Below, piece after piece: positions 27,325 to 37,005 of a DNA stretch of 64,000 bases. The DNA is taken from the NCBI RefSeq assembly GCF_013149785.1, contig NZ_JABEZU010000003.1, positions 434,001 to 498,000 of the forward strand, written 5' to 3'. Origin of the DNA: Isoptericola halotolerans. GTDB taxonomy: Bacteria; Actinomycetota; Actinomycetes; Actinomycetales; Cellulomonadaceae. A program made the translations under genes and the position numbers. The notes under the pieces are model-generated. The model searched no databases, had not been told where the DNA came from, and saw only the letters and a list, made by a program, of their open reading frames with translations. How positions within the stretch are numbered: the first letter of the stretch is position 1; every line of letters starts with the position of its first letter.

Positions 27325-28224
27325 CTACCGCAGCGGCGTGAAGTCGCGGTCGGCGATGCGCGTCGGACGAGGCGCGGGTGCCGCGTACGGCTCGGCCAGC
27401 GTGTTCTCGACGCTGTTGAACACCAGGAAGATGTTCGAGCGCGGGAACGGCGTGATGTTGTTGCCCGACCCGTGCATGATGTTGCAGTCGAACCACAGCG
27501 CCGACCCCGCCGGACCCGTGAACTGGTCCACGCCGTACTTCCAGGCGAGCTCGGTGATGGCCTCCTCGCTCGGGACGCCGATCTTCTGCTCCTTGAGCGA
27601 GTCCTGGTGGTAGTTCTCCGGGGTCTCGCCCACGCACGGCACGTAGCTGCGGTGCGAGCCGGGCATCACCATCAGCCCGCCGTTGTAGGGATAGTTCGGC
27701 GTCAGGGCGATCGAGCAGCTCACCGCACGCGGGGCGGGCATGCCGTCCTCGGCGTGCCATGTCTCGAAGTCCGAGTGCCAGTAGAACCCGGTGCCCTTGT
27801 AGCCCGGCATGTAGTTCACCCGGGTCTGGTGCAGGTAGACGTCCGAGCCGAGGAGCTGGCGAGCCCGGTCCAGGAGGCGCGGGTCCCGGCTCAGCGCCTC
27901 GATCTGCTCGCTGATCCTCGTCACCTCGAAGATGGAGCGGACCTCCCCCGACACCTTCTCCCGCACGACCCGGGGGTCGCCCTGCAGGGATTCGTCGGAG
28001 GCGAGCCGTTCCAGCTCGGCGCTGTACTGCGTCACCTCACCGGGGGTGATGAAGTCCGGCAGGATGGTGAACCCGCGCTCGGAGTGCGCCTCCAGCGCGG
28101 CGGCGTCGAACGGGCCGTCGTCGTCCGTCCCCCACACCGTGGGGTGCTGACGTTCGATGATCTCGCCCGGGCGGGTCAGCCTGCTCGGGTAGAGGTCCGT
28201 CATGGTTTCCGTCGTGGCGGTCAT
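27325..28224 (-). CDS. ectD: Ectoine hydroxylase
   Basis: EctD signature FYWHSDFETWHAEDGMP; MHGSGNNITPFPRSNIF. Confidence 0.96.
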   Translation of the reverse strand: MTATTETMTDLYPSRLTRPGEIIERQHPTVWGTDDDGPFDAAALEAHSERGFTILPDFITPGEVTQYSAELERLASDESLQGDPRVVREKVSGEVRSIFEVTRISEQIEALSRDPRLLDRARQLLGSDVYLHQTRVNYMPGYKGTGFYWHSDFETWHAEDGMPAPRAVSCSIALTPNYPYNGGLMVMPGSHRSYVPCVGETPENYHQDSLKEQKIGVPSEEAITELAWKYGVDQFTGPAGSALWFDCNIMHGSGNNITPFPRSNIFLVFNSVENTLAEPYAAPAPRPTRIADRDFTPLR

Positions 28225-28388
28225 GGGTCATCCCTTCTCCCGGATCGTCCCGGGGTCGCGGCGTCTCATGCTCGCGGCGTGCTCGTCGCCCGTCGGTCGA
28301 TCAGGACCCGAGCACGCGCACGTGACCCATCGGAACGCGGAAGGGCACCCGGTAGCAAGTCGGCGGGCCGGGCGGGCGCGTCGACCGG

Positions 28389-29111
28389 TCAGCCGCCGAC
28401 GCCCACGCTGTTGTCCGGAGCGCCGTCGCCGGGCGGCAGGTCACCGCGCTCGACCGGGCCGTCCGTGCCGAGCCCGGGGCCTCCGTCCCCCGGACCAGTC
28501 CCGGGGCCGCCGTCGCCGGTGCTCGACGGCGCGGGGGGCAGCAGCGTGTCCAGCTCCTCGGCGGTGGGGACGCGCACGGACTCCAGCGCCGTGCGCAGCA
28601 CCTCGGGCTCCACCCCTGTGCCGGAGACCCGCACGATCGCGCCGTCCCGCTCGACGGCGTACTCCTGCGCGTCGCCGGCCGTGCGGTGGAACGCCTCGCC
28701 CTCCGCCGTGCACTCGACCGGGCCGTCCGCCTCCTCCCCGCCGGTGGTGAGCACCGGCAGGTCGGGACAGGTCTCCGCCGAGATCTCGCCCCTGAGGGTG
28801 GAGATCATGACCGCGTCCCCTGTCGAGGCGTCGGAGAGGACTGCGGAGTACCCGTCGGCGCCGTACGCACCGCCGGCGTGCGAGATCGCCTCCAGGCCGT
28901 CGACGTCGATCGTCAGCACGTACTCGGGCACCACGCCGTGGTACGCCGCACGCTCGGCGATCGTCGCCGGGTCGGCCGGTCCCGTCGAGGCGGCCGGTCC
29001 CGTCGAGGCGGTCGGGTCGGCCGACGACCCGCCGATCAGGTTCGCGCAGCCCGTCAGCGCCAGGACGGCGGCCGCCGTACAGCTCGTCCAGGCGGTCCGT
29101 CGTGAGCTCAT
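28389..29111 (-). CDS. Putative lipoprotein
   Basis: MSSRRTAW...VLALTG-C lipobox; C-terminal PVERGDLPPGDGAPDNSVGVGG. Confidence 0.75.
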   Translation of the reverse strand: MSSRRTAWTSCTAAAVLALTGCANLIGGSSADPTASTGPAASTGPADPATIAERAAYHGVVPEYVLTIDVDGLEAISHAGGAYGADGYSAVLSDASTGDAVMISTLRGEISAETCPDLPVLTTGGEEADGPVECTAEGEAFHRTAGDAQEYAVERDGAIVRVSGTGVEPEVLRTALESVRVPTAEELDTLLPPAPSSTGDGGPGTGPGDGGPGLGTDGPVERGDLPPGDGAPDNSVGVGG

Positions 29112-29149
29112 GGTCCGCCATCCTGACAGGTCGGCGGGCGCGCGCCCCG

Positions 29150-29749
29150 TCAGTCGAGCGCGCGTCGCAGCCACCACCGCGGCAGCCTTCCGCTGGTGGC
29201 GGCGGTCTCCCCGACCTGCTCGAAGCCCTCGGACTCGAAGAGCGGGACGGTCCCGACGAACGCCGCGCTCACCGGGACCCGCGCACCGGGCGTGACCTCC
29301 ACCGGGAACCCCTCGACGGCCCGCGCCCCCCGGGAACGCGCGTGATCGACCGCTCCGCGCAGCAGCGCGCGGGCCACGCCGCGGCGCCGGTACCCGACCC
29401 GCACCACGAAACACATGACGACCCAGGTCGTCGGCCAGCCCTCGGGTTCGCCGCGGGGCAGGACGCGCGAGCGCTGCAACGACCCGGCGGCCGAGCGAGG
29501 AGCGAGCCCGACCCAACCGACGGGGGTCGTCCCGGTCCCGCCGCCGGTGTCCTCCAGGTAGGCGAGGAGCCCCGGGGGCTCGTGCGCGCACAGCTCACGC
29601 AGGTGTCCCTCGCGCCCGTCGACCGACAGGCCGCGTGGCATGCGCCAGTGCAGGCACCAGCAGGCCTGTTCGCGTCCCCGCGAGTTGAGCAAGGTCGCCA
29701 CGTCGTCGAACCGGCTCGCGGTCGCGGGTTCCACCCTCACCTCGACCAT
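29150..29749 (-). CDS. GNAT acetyltransferase (CWC / EGFP-motif type)
   Basis: ACWCLHWR, PPGLLAY, VMCFVVRVGYRRRGVARALL, VEGFP, GTVPLFESEGF. Confidence 0.9.
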   Translation of the reverse strand: MVEVRVEPATASRFDDVATLLNSRGREQACWCLHWRMPRGLSVDGREGHLRELCAHEPPGLLAYLEDTGGGTGTTPVGWVGLAPRSAAGSLQRSRVLPRGEPEGWPTTWVVMCFVVRVGYRRRGVARALLRGAVDHARSRGARAVEGFPVEVTPGARVPVSAAFVGTVPLFESEGFEQVGETAATSGRLPRWWLRRALD

Positions 29750-29755
29750 GCCTCG

Positions 29756-29777
29756 ACACTACGACGGGACGCCGACA
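29756..29777 (-). promoter_or_regulatory. Candidate PafBC (RecA-NDp type) promoter
   Basis: Minus strand TGTCGG-cgtcccgtcg-TAGTGT-N6-ATG; exact match to TGTCGG-N10-TANNNT. Confidence 0.65.
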
Positions 29778-29833
29778 CCGACAGAGCGAGGTGTCACGCC
29801 GCGGGTGCACCGGTGGGCATCTCGTGGTTCAAT

Positions 29834-29849
29834 ATAAGCACCTACTTAT
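29834..29849. promoter_or_regulatory. Candidate ArsR operator
   Basis: ATAAG-N6-CTTAT in an AT-rich patch just upstream of SRPBCC-arsR. Confidence 0.6.
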
Positions 29850-29861
29850 GGAAGGAACCTC

Positions 29862-30506
29862 ATGAGCATCACCATCGACCCTGTCGCCACGGCAGGACTC
29901 GTCGCCCGCGAGGTCCGCAGCGGCGAGCGCGGTGGCGAACCCACCCGCATCACGGTCGCCCGACGCACCTACGCCGCTGAGCGTGACGACGTCTGGGACG
30001 CCGTCACCTCCGCGGAACGGCTCCCGCGCTGGTTCCTGCCCGTGGACGGCGACCTGGCACCCGGCGGGCGCTACCAGCTCGAGGGCAACGCGGGTGGCAC
30101 CATCGAGCGGTGCGAGGCACCCGAGTCGTTCTCCGTCACGTGGGAGTTCGGTGGCGGCACGTCCTGGGTGACGGTCACGCTGCGCCCGCACGACGCCGGC
30201 ACGCTCCTCGAGCTGGTCCACGAGTCACCGGTGCAGCCCGAGTTCTGGGAGCAGTACGGCCCGGGGGCCGGCGGCGTCGGCTGGGACCTCGCACTCATGG
30301 GCCTCGGTCTGCACCTCGCCACGGGGGCTGCCGGCGACCCGCGCGAGGCCGACGCCTGGAGCGTCTCGCCCGACGGCGTGGCATTCGTGCGAGCAGCGGC
30401 CACGGCGTGGGGCGAGGCGGCCGCCGCCGACGGGGACGACCCCGAGTCCGCGCGGGCGGCGGCCGAGCGCACCGTCGCCTTCTACACCACCGCACCCGAG
30501 GCGTGA
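29862..30506 (+). CDS. SRPBCC/AHSA1-like protein
   Basis: DVWDAVTSAERLPRWF, YQLEGNAGG, YGPGAGGVGWD. Confidence 0.9.
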   Translation: MSITIDPVATAGLVAREVRSGERGGEPTRITVARRTYAAERDDVWDAVTSAERLPRWFLPVDGDLAPGGRYQLEGNAGGTIERCEAPESFSVTWEFGGGTSWVTVTLRPHDAGTLLELVHESPVQPEFWEQYGPGAGGVGWDLALMGLGLHLATGAAGDPREADAWSVSPDGVAFVRAAATAWGEAAAADGDDPESARAAAERTVAFYTTAPEA

Positions 30507-30507
30507 G

Positions 30508-30984
30508 ATGACCCGACCGGCGTCGGACCCGGTCTTCGCCGCCCTCGGCGACCCGGTGCGCCGACGGCTGCTGGAGCTCGTGCACCGTGCCGGCGAGCAG
30601 CCCGCGGGCGCACTGGTCGACGCGCTGCGGTCCGAGCGCGACATCTCGCAGCCGGCGGTCTCCCAGCACCTGCGGGTGCTGCGGGAGGCCCGGCTGGTGC
30701 AGGCGCGTGCCGAAGGCACCCGGCGGCTGTACGCCGTCGATCCTGTCGGGATCGACGCCGCCCGGAGCTGGCTCGTCACCTTCGCCGACCCGTTCTCGCA
30801 GCCTCTCGACGCGCTGGACACCGAGCTCGCCCGCGGCCGCCGCGACCGCCGTCGTGCCGCTGCGGCGAGCGACTCGGGTGGCACCTCGAGTGACACAGCA
30901 GGGACCGCTCCGGTCAGCGGAAGTCCCTCGACCGGGTCGCTACCGGGAGGTGCAGCGGGGCGAGGTGCTCGGCGAGCAGGTTGA
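30508..30984 (+). CDS. ArsR/SmtB-family regulator
   Basis: FAALGDPVRRRLL, ISQPAVSQHLRVLREA; 3' tail overlaps the dnaE2 end. Confidence 0.9.
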   Translation: MTRPASDPVFAALGDPVRRRLLELVHRAGEQPAGALVDALRSERDISQPAVSQHLRVLREARLVQARAEGTRRLYAVDPVGIDAARSWLVTFADPFSQPLDALDTELARGRRDRRRAAAASDSGGTSSDTAGTAPVSGSPSTGSLPGGAAGRGARRAG

Positions 30985-33900
30985 CGGCGCCGTCGGACCG
31001 TTCCACCTGCCCGCGCACCACCATGGCCGCCGCTCCCCGGGCCACGGTCCGGAACCGTCGCCACAGCCCGGGGGTGCAGATGACGTTGAGCAGCCCGGTC
31101 TCGTCCTCCAGGGACAGGAACGTCACCCCGCCGGCAGTGCCGGGCCGCTGGCGGTGGGTGACGACCCCACCGACGGCGACGCGACGCCCCGGCTCGGTCC
31201 GCATGGCTGCTGCGACCGTGAGCACCCCCTGACGGTCCAGCCCGTCCCGCACGTGCTCCAGCGGGGAGGTCGAACCCGGGGTGATCCCGGTGGCCCAGGT
31301 GTCGGCGACGTCGATCTCGAGGGGGGTCATGCCCGGCAGCGCCGGGGCCGACACCCCGACACTGACCCCCTCGAGCGTGTCCGGCCCCTCCTGGCCGAGC
31401 GCACCCGCGGCCCACAGCCCCTCGCGCCGGGTCACCCCGAGCGAGGTCAGCGCGCCGGCGGTGGCGAGCGCCTCCAGGCGCGCGGTGGACAGCTCCACCC
31501 GGCGCACCAGGTCGCGCAGGTCCCTGAACGGTCCGTGGGTGTCCCGCTCGGCGACCACCCGTTCGGCGACGTCGGTGCCCAGTCCTCGCACGGCCGCCAG
31601 CCCGAGCCGCACCGCCAGCCGGGCGTCGACGTCGAGCGGTGTCGCCCCGCTGCCGAGCATGCCCTCCGCACCGTCGACCATGCCGTGAGCGCCCGTCCCG
31701 CCCTCCGGACGGGCGCTCACGGCATGGTCGGCCGGGAACACGCCGGCGAGCGCCGCCGAGGCGTTGACGTCCGGACCCAGCACCCGCACCCCGTGGCGAC
31801 GGGCGTCGGCCACCAGGGAAGCCGGGGAGTAGAACCCCATCGGCTGCGCGGCCAGCAGCCCCGCGAAGAACGCCTCGGGATGGTGCACCTTGAGCCACGA
31901 GCTGGCGTAGACCAGGAACGCGAAGGAGTACGCGTGCGACTCGGGGAAACCGAAGTCGGCGAACGCCTTGAGCTTGTCGTAGACCTCCTCGCGGACCTCG
32001 GGCGGCACCCCGCGCTCGGCCATCCCGGCGAACAGCCGCCCGCGCAGCGCCTCCATGCGTTCCACCGACCGTTTGGACCCCATGGCACGCCGGAGCTGGT
32101 CGGACTCGGCCGGGCTGAACCCCGCGACGTCGATCGCCATCTGCATGAGCTGCTCCTGGAACAGCGGCACCCCCAGGGTGCGCCGGAGCGACGGCTCCAG
32201 CAGGGGGTGCAGGTAGGTCACCTCCTGACGGCCCCGGGAGCGTTCGATGTACGGGTGCACGGAGTTCCCCTGGATCGGACCGGGCCGGATGAGGGCGACC
32301 TCGACGACGATGTCGTAGAACGTCCGGGGCCGCAGCCTCGGCAGGGTCGCCATCTGCGCACGGGACTCCACCTGGAACACCCCGACGGTGTCGGCCGTGC
32401 AGAGCAGGTCGTAGACCCTCGGGTCGTCCTGCGGCAGGGTGTGCAGCTCCAGCCGCTCCCCCGTGCGCTGCTCGACCGCCTCGAAGGCGTAGCGGATCGC
32501 CGTGAGCATGCCCAGGCCCAGCAGGTCGAACTTCACCAGGCCGGCGTCCGCGCAGTCCTCCTTGTCCCACTGCAGCACCGTGCGGCCCTCCATCCGGGCC
32601 CACTCGACCGGGCACACCTCGATGACGGGCCGGTCGCACATCACCATGCCCCCGGAGTGGATGCCCAGGTGCCTGGGAAGACGCAGCAGGCGCTCCGCGA
32701 GATCCAGCACGGGCGCCGGGATCTGCCCCTCCTGCTCGGCCGACGGCGGCACCTGCGCGGGCACGACGTCGTGGGAGTCGTCCGCCCGTCGCAGTCCGCC
32801 GTCCGGCCGGTCCTGGCCGGCGAGCGGGTCGACGACCCGGCCGGCCGCGGAGCCCCACTGGGCGGCCACCCGGGCCTTCTTCTCGTCCCGCCGGGTGACC
32901 GGCGCACCACCGGCCGCTCGGGCGTCACGAGCCGCCGCGTCCGCGGCCGGGCTGACCGGGTCAGGTCCCCGCAACGACCCCCAGCGCTCGATGGACTTGG
33001 ACCAGGCGTCCTGCTGCCCGACGTCGTACCCGAGCGCGCGGGCGGCGTCGCGCACCGCCGAGCGCGGCCGGTAGGAGATGACGTTGGCCACCTGCGCGGC
33101 GTGCGTGCGCCCGAACCGGGCGTAGACGTGCTGGATGACCTCCTCACGGCGCCCCGACTCGATGTCGATGTCGATGTCCGGGGGTCCGTCCCGCTCGGGG
33201 GCGAGGAACCGTTCGAACAGCAGGCCGTGATGCACGGCGTCGACGGCGGTGATCCCCAGGGCATAGCAGACCGCGGAGTTGGCGGCGCTCCCCCGCCCCT
33301 GGCACAGGATGCCCTCGCGCCGGCAGAACTCGACCAGGTCGTAGACCACGAGGAAGTACCCCGGGAAGTTCAGGTCGGTGATGACGCGCAGCTCGTGGTC
33401 GATCTGCGCCCACGCCTTCGGCTCCCGCCCCGTGCTGCCGGGCCCGGGGCGCGGGCCGTACCTCTCGGTGGCCCCGCGACGCACCAGCTCACGCAACCAG
33501 CTCGCCTCGTCGTGCCCCGACGGCACCGGGTACGGCGGCAGCTCAGGGGCCACCAGGTGCAGGTCGAACGCGCACTCGGCGGCGAGCTCGGCGGCCGTCG
33601 GCACCGACCGCGGGTGCCGGTGGTGCAGCCGGGCCATCTCCGCACCCGAGCGCAGGTGCGCGGTCGGGGCCCCGGGCAGCCAGCCGTCCTGGTCGTCGAG
33701 GGAGGACCGGGCCCGCACGGCCGCGAGCGCCCCGGCGAGGTCCGCGTCGCGCGGGCGGGCGTAGTGCGCGGCCGTGGTGGCCACCAGCGGCAGCCCGGCA
33801 TCTTGCGACAACGCGGCGAGCGCGGCGTGGCGGTCGGCGTCCCGGGGGTCGCCGGTGGCGGTGATCTCCACGGCGACGTTGTCGTGCCCGAAGACGGCGG

Positions 33901-34441
33901 CGAGCCGGTCGAGCTCGCGGCGCGCGGCGGACCACGGGTCGGGGCCAGCAGCTCCGACACCTCCTTCCAGGGCTCGCCGCACGGCCCCCTTGCGGCAGCC
34001 GGTGAGCACCAGCCACTGCCCGTCGGCCTCGGCCCCGAGACGGTCGAGGTCGTAGCGCGCCGCCCCCTTGACCCCGGCCTCGAGGTGGGCGGTGGCGATG
34101 GCGCGCGACAGGTTCCGGTAGCCGTCCGGGCCGCGGGCCAGCACGAGCAGGTGCGTGGCCCGCGGGTCCGGGACGCCGGTGGGTTCGTCGAGCACCGGCG
34201 CGCCGCCGGGCGTGGGGGCCGGCAGGTGCAGCTCGGCGCCGAACACGGTGGGCAGGCCGACGGCCCGCGCCGCCTCGGCGAAGCGGACGACGCCGTACAG
34301 CCCGTCGTGGTCGGTCAGGGCCAGGGCCTCCAGGCCGAGCCGGTCGGCCTCGGCGGCGAGCTCGGCCGGGTGGCTGGCGCCGTCGAGGAAGCTGAAGGCC
34401 GAGTGGGCGTGCAGCTCGGCGTACCGCTCCGTCTCAGTCAT
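30914..34441 (-). CDS. dnaE2: Error-prone DNA polymerase DnaE2 (ImuC)
   Basis: YAELHAHSAFSFLDG, QGRGSAANS, PDIDIDIE, PRHLGIHSGG, KFDLLGLGML, FGFPESH, C-terminal SRDFR. Confidence 0.98.
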   Translation of the reverse strand: MTETERYAELHAHSAFSFLDGASHPAELAAEADRLGLEALALTDHDGLYGVVRFAEAARAVGLPTVFGAELHLPAPTPGGAPVLDEPTGVPDPRATHLLVLARGPDGYRNLSRAIATAHLEAGVKGAARYDLDRLGAEADGQWLVLTGCRKGAVRRALEGGVGAAGPDPWSAARRELDRLAAVFGHDNVAVEITATGDPRDADRHAALAALSQDAGLPLVATTAAHYARPRDADLAGALAAVRARSSLDDQDGWLPGAPTAHLRSGAEMARLHHRHPRSVPTAAELAAECAFDLHLVAPELPPYPVPSGHDEASWLRELVRRGATERYGPRPGPGSTGREPKAWAQIDHELRVITDLNFPGYFLVVYDLVEFCRREGILCQGRGSAANSAVCYALGITAVDAVHHGLLFERFLAPERDGPPDIDIDIESGRREEVIQHVYARFGRTHAAQVANVISYRPRSAVRDAARALGYDVGQQDAWSKSIERWGSLRGPDPVSPAADAAARDARAAGGAPVTRRDEKKARVAAQWGSAAGRVVDPLAGQDRPDGGLRRADDSHDVVPAQVPPSAEQEGQIPAPVLDLAERLLRLPRHLGIHSGGMVMCDRPVIEVCPVEWARMEGRTVLQWDKEDCADAGLVKFDLLGLGMLTAIRYAFEAVEQRTGERLELHTLPQDDPRVYDLLCTADTVGVFQVESRAQMATLPRLRPRTFYDIVVEVALIRPGPIQGNSVHPYIERSRGRQEVTYLHPLLEPSLRRTLGVPLFQEQLMQMAIDVAGFSPAESDQLRRAMGSKRSVERMEALRGRLFAGMAERGVPPEVREEVYDKLKAFADFGFPESHAYSFAFLVYASSWLKVHHPEAFFAGLLAAQPMGFYSPASLVADARRHGVRVLGPDVNASAALAGVFPADHAVSARPEGGTGAHGMVDGAEGMLGSGATPLDVDARLAVRLGLAAVRGLGTDVAERVVAERDTHGPFRDLRDLVRRVELSTARLEALATAGALTSLGVTRREGLWAAGALGQEGPDTLEGVSVGVSAPALPGMTPLEIDVADTWATGITPGSTSPLEHVRDGLDRQGVLTVAAAMRTEPGRRVAVGGVVTHRQRPGTAGGVTFLSLEDETGLLNVICTPGLWRRFRTVARGAAAMVVRGQVERSDGAVNLLAEHLAPLHLPVATRSRDFR

Positions 34442-36071
34442 AGACGGCCTCCACCTGCCAGGCCCCGGCGACCTGGGCCAGCAGCAGCCCGCGCCCGTCG
34501 TCGAGCACCGCCTGCAGGTGCACCCGTCGGGTGCCGCCGTCAGGGGCCCACCATCGTTCGGCGAGCGGCCACGGTCCGGCCCAGCCGACGACCGCGTGCT
34601 CGCCGTCGTCCCAGCGCACCCAGGCCGGGTCGCCGCTGCGGGCGAGGCGGGCGTCGACGACGACGTCATCACCGGTCGCGTCGAGCAGACGGGCGGCGGT
34701 GGGTTCGGGCAGCACGGTGGCCGGGGCCGGGCTGGGCAGGGCCCCCGGCCACGGCCGGTCGGGGGGCCGCTCGACCACGGCGTCCTCGCCGTAGGGCACG
34801 AGCCGGACGCGGCTGCGCGGGTCACGCCCGCCGGCCCGCCGGACGGCGAGCACCCCGTCGCCGCCGAGCAGACCTTGCACGCGGTCCAGGGCCTGGCGGG
34901 CCCGGGCGTCCTGCCCGGCGTCAGCGCCCCACAGGGCGGGCTGGTGCGTGCCGGCGGGGGCGACGTCCTCCGCGGCGAGCGCGAGATGGACCAGGGGTGC
35001 GACCTCGGGCGACCCGTCGGTCCCGGTACGCCGGCGCGCGCCGTCGGTCAGCCAGCCCTCGAGCTGCCAGCGCACCCGGTCGGTGATCCGTGCGGCGGGC
35101 AGCCCCCCGGCCGCAGTGTCGGTGCGCCAGAGCCGCTCCAGCTCGCCCTCGGTGGTGCGGGCGGTGATGCGCAGTCGTCCGCAGGCCACCCCGTGGGCGA
35201 CGAGCAGCGTGTGCAGCTCCTCGGCGAGCCGGCGGGCCGCGAACGCGGCGACGTCGACCCGGCCGGCGGGCGGGTCGAGCGCGGTGCCGACGGCCAGGTC
35301 GACCTCGGGGCGCCGTCGGGCGGGCGGACGCTCGTCCTCCCCACGGGCCAGGCGGTGCGCCCAGACGCCGAGGTCACCGAACCGGGCCGACACGCTCGCC
35401 GCGGGCAGGGCAGCCAGATCCCCGAGGGTGCGCAGCCCGAGGCGCCACCACAGCCCGACGGCGTCCCGGACGGCGGCGACCGCGCCCGGGTCGCACACGG
35501 CGTGCACGAGCTCGCCCACCGGGCGCCCGGCAAGGGCTGCTGCGGATCCTCCGGGAGGGACGACGGCGTCCTCGCGGGCCGCGAGCACCGCGGCGAGCAG
35601 GCCGTCGGCCACTCCCACCTGGCACTCGTGGCCCGCCTCGGCCGTCGCGGCGACGAGCCGTTCGGCCAGCACCCGCTCGGTGCCGTGGTACCTCGCCGCA
35701 CCCTCGGCGGGCAGGAGCAGCAGGCCGGGGCGGGCGACCTCGAGCCCGGCCACGACGGTCTCGGCCCCGGCCGCCACGGGCTCGAAGGCCCGGGCGTCGC
35801 GTTCGTCGTCGGCCTCCAGCAGGACCAGCCCGGGACATGCCTCCTGCGCCTGCCGGCGGCGCATGCCGCGGCGCACCCCGGCGCTGCGCGCGACGGCGGA
35901 GGTCGCGACGACGCTGCGCCCCGCCGTCGTCCCGCCACGCGACGGCGCACCGAGGACGGCGGCGGGCACGTGCGCGTCGAGGCCGGCCTCCGCGAGCGCG
36001 GCGACGACCGGCCAGTCCGGCACCCAGAGCACGGCGGTGCGGGTGCTCCGGGTGCTGCTCCGCGTGCTCAT
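34434..36071 (-). CDS. imuB: Y-family polymerase-like ImuB
   Basis: LWVPDWP, GVRRGMRRRQAQ, DARAFEPV, LGLRTLGDLA, RVRWQLEGWL, WAGPWPLAERWW. Confidence 0.95.
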   Translation of the reverse strand: MSTRSSTRSTRTAVLWVPDWPVVAALAEAGLDAHVPAAVLGAPSRGGTTAGRSVVATSAVARSAGVRRGMRRRQAQEACPGLVLLEADDERDARAFEPVAAGAETVVAGLEVARPGLLLLPAEGAARYHGTERVLAERLVAATAEAGHECQVGVADGLLAAVLAAREDAVVPPGGSAAALAGRPVGELVHAVCDPGAVAAVRDAVGLWWRLGLRTLGDLAALPAASVSARFGDLGVWAHRLARGEDERPPARRRPEVDLAVGTALDPPAGRVDVAAFAARRLAEELHTLLVAHGVACGRLRITARTTEGELERLWRTDTAAGGLPAARITDRVRWQLEGWLTDGARRRTGTDGSPEVAPLVHLALAAEDVAPAGTHQPALWGADAGQDARARQALDRVQGLLGGDGVLAVRRAGGRDPRSRVRLVPYGEDAVVERPPDRPWPGALPSPAPATVLPEPTAARLLDATGDDVVVDARLARSGDPAWVRWDDGEHAVVGWAGPWPLAERWWAPDGGTRRVHLQAVLDDGRGLLLAQVAGAWQVEAVYD

Positions 36072-36934
36072 GCGACCCTCAGGTCGCGACCCACGGCGAG
36101 GCGTGGGCCGACATCCTCGGCCGGTGACGGGAGATCCCCGCAGACGGGCACCTCGACGTCGATCTCCACGGGCCGGGCCGCCGCGCCGCGCCCGGTACGC
36201 AGCACCGACAGGGTGCGCCGACGCAGCCACCCGGCACCGGCGTCGGCACCCGACCAGGCCCCGCCGCGGGCGTCGAGCACGACGTGCGCGCCGGGCCACC
36301 GCTCGGTGGTGACCAGGACGGCGTCGCGCTGACGGGTGCGGGCGGCGAGCCGCCGGCGGTCGACGTCGGCCAGCGCGGCCCGCGGCCCGACGACGAGCAC
36401 GTCCATGCCGTCGAGCAGCGCGGCGAGCACGGCGGGGGCGTCCGGGCCCGGGGCGGGGACGACGGCGGTGCGCTCCAGCGAGATGCCGACGTCGGCGGCG
36501 GCGAGCATCCCGACGGCGGGAGCCCCGACGAAGGCTACCCAGGCGCCGTCACGCGAGGCGGTGGCGAGCAGGGCGAGCAGCAGGCTCGTGGAGCCCTGCA
36601 CGGTGAGGATGCCGCCGCTCGGCAGCCCTCCGGGCAGCAGAGGGGCGAGGGCGGGGTGCACCGTACGTGCCGGGGTCTCCGCGGGGATCTCTGGCACCAC
36701 CCGCGTCTTCGGCGATTCGGTCCGTACCGTCCCGAGCGGTGGGCCGGCCGGCGCAGGGATGGCCGGCGCAGGGATGGCCGGCGCAGGGATGGCCGGCGCA
36801 GGGATGGCTGGCCGCATGCTGCGGGGCGGCTCCTGCTCCGCGGCGCGCAACGCGGCCAGCGCTCGCGAGTGCCGGTCGTCGTGGGCCGCCCGGGGCTCAC
36901 GCACCTCGGGACGGGTCCCGGGGACGACGCTCAT
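36068..36934 (-). CDS. imuA: ImuA' (RecA-like mutasome subunit)
   Basis: LLPGGLPSG...GSTSLLLALLA...AALLDGMD...RRLAARTRQRD; ATGA-coupled to imuB. In-frame ATG 36997 is an alternative start. Confidence 0.9.
   Translation of the reverse strand: MSVVPGTRPEVREPRAAHDDRHSRALAALRAAEQEPPRSMRPAIPAPAIPAPAIPAPAIPAPAGPPLGTVRTESPKTRVVPEIPAETPARTVHPALAPLLPGGLPSGGILTVQGSTSLLLALLATASRDGAWVAFVGAPAVGMLAAADVGISLERTAVVPAPGPDAPAVLAALLDGMDVLVVGPRAALADVDRRRLAARTRQRDAVLVTTERWPGAHVVLDARGGAWSGADAGAGWLRRRTLSVLRTGRGAAARPVEIDVEVPVCGDLPSPAEDVGPRLAVGRDLRVA
36746..36805. repeat. 4 x 15-bp perfect tandem repeat in imuA' (IPAPA x4)
   Basis: ggccggcgcagggat four times. Confidence 0.95.
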
Positions 36935-36972
36935 GCGGCCCCCTCCCGGCGGTCGAGCAGTCGGTCGGACCG

Positions 36973-37005
36973 CATGTTCGAACACTTGTTCGAACATGGG
37001 TTCAG
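36973..37005. promoter_or_regulatory. LexA SOS boxes
   Basis: TCGAAC-ACTT-GTTCGA (36978-36993) and overlapping TCGAAC-ATGG-GTTCAG (36990-37005); minus-strand TTGACA(37032-37027)-N17-TGTACT. Confidence 0.92.

Noticed and set aside
28973..29008. 2 x 18-bp repeat in the lipoprotein gene
   Set aside because: Ordinary in-frame linker duplication.
30914..30984. Convergent 3' overlaps arsR/dnaE2 (also DUF4188/trmH at 60565-60617)
   Set aside because: Low-complexity tails best explained by stop-codon drift in GC-rich DNA.
32720..32970. About 70-aa insertion in DnaE2 as an intein
   Set aside because: No Cys/Ser start or His-Asn end; looks like a low-complexity variable loop.
30587..35086. 1499-aa plus-strand ORF and many other long overlapping ORFs (e.g. 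9099-11996, 24823-27117, 27244-29295)
   Set aside because: Antisense or off-frame shadows of real genes in very high-GC DNA; Arg/Pro/Gly-rich with no motifs.
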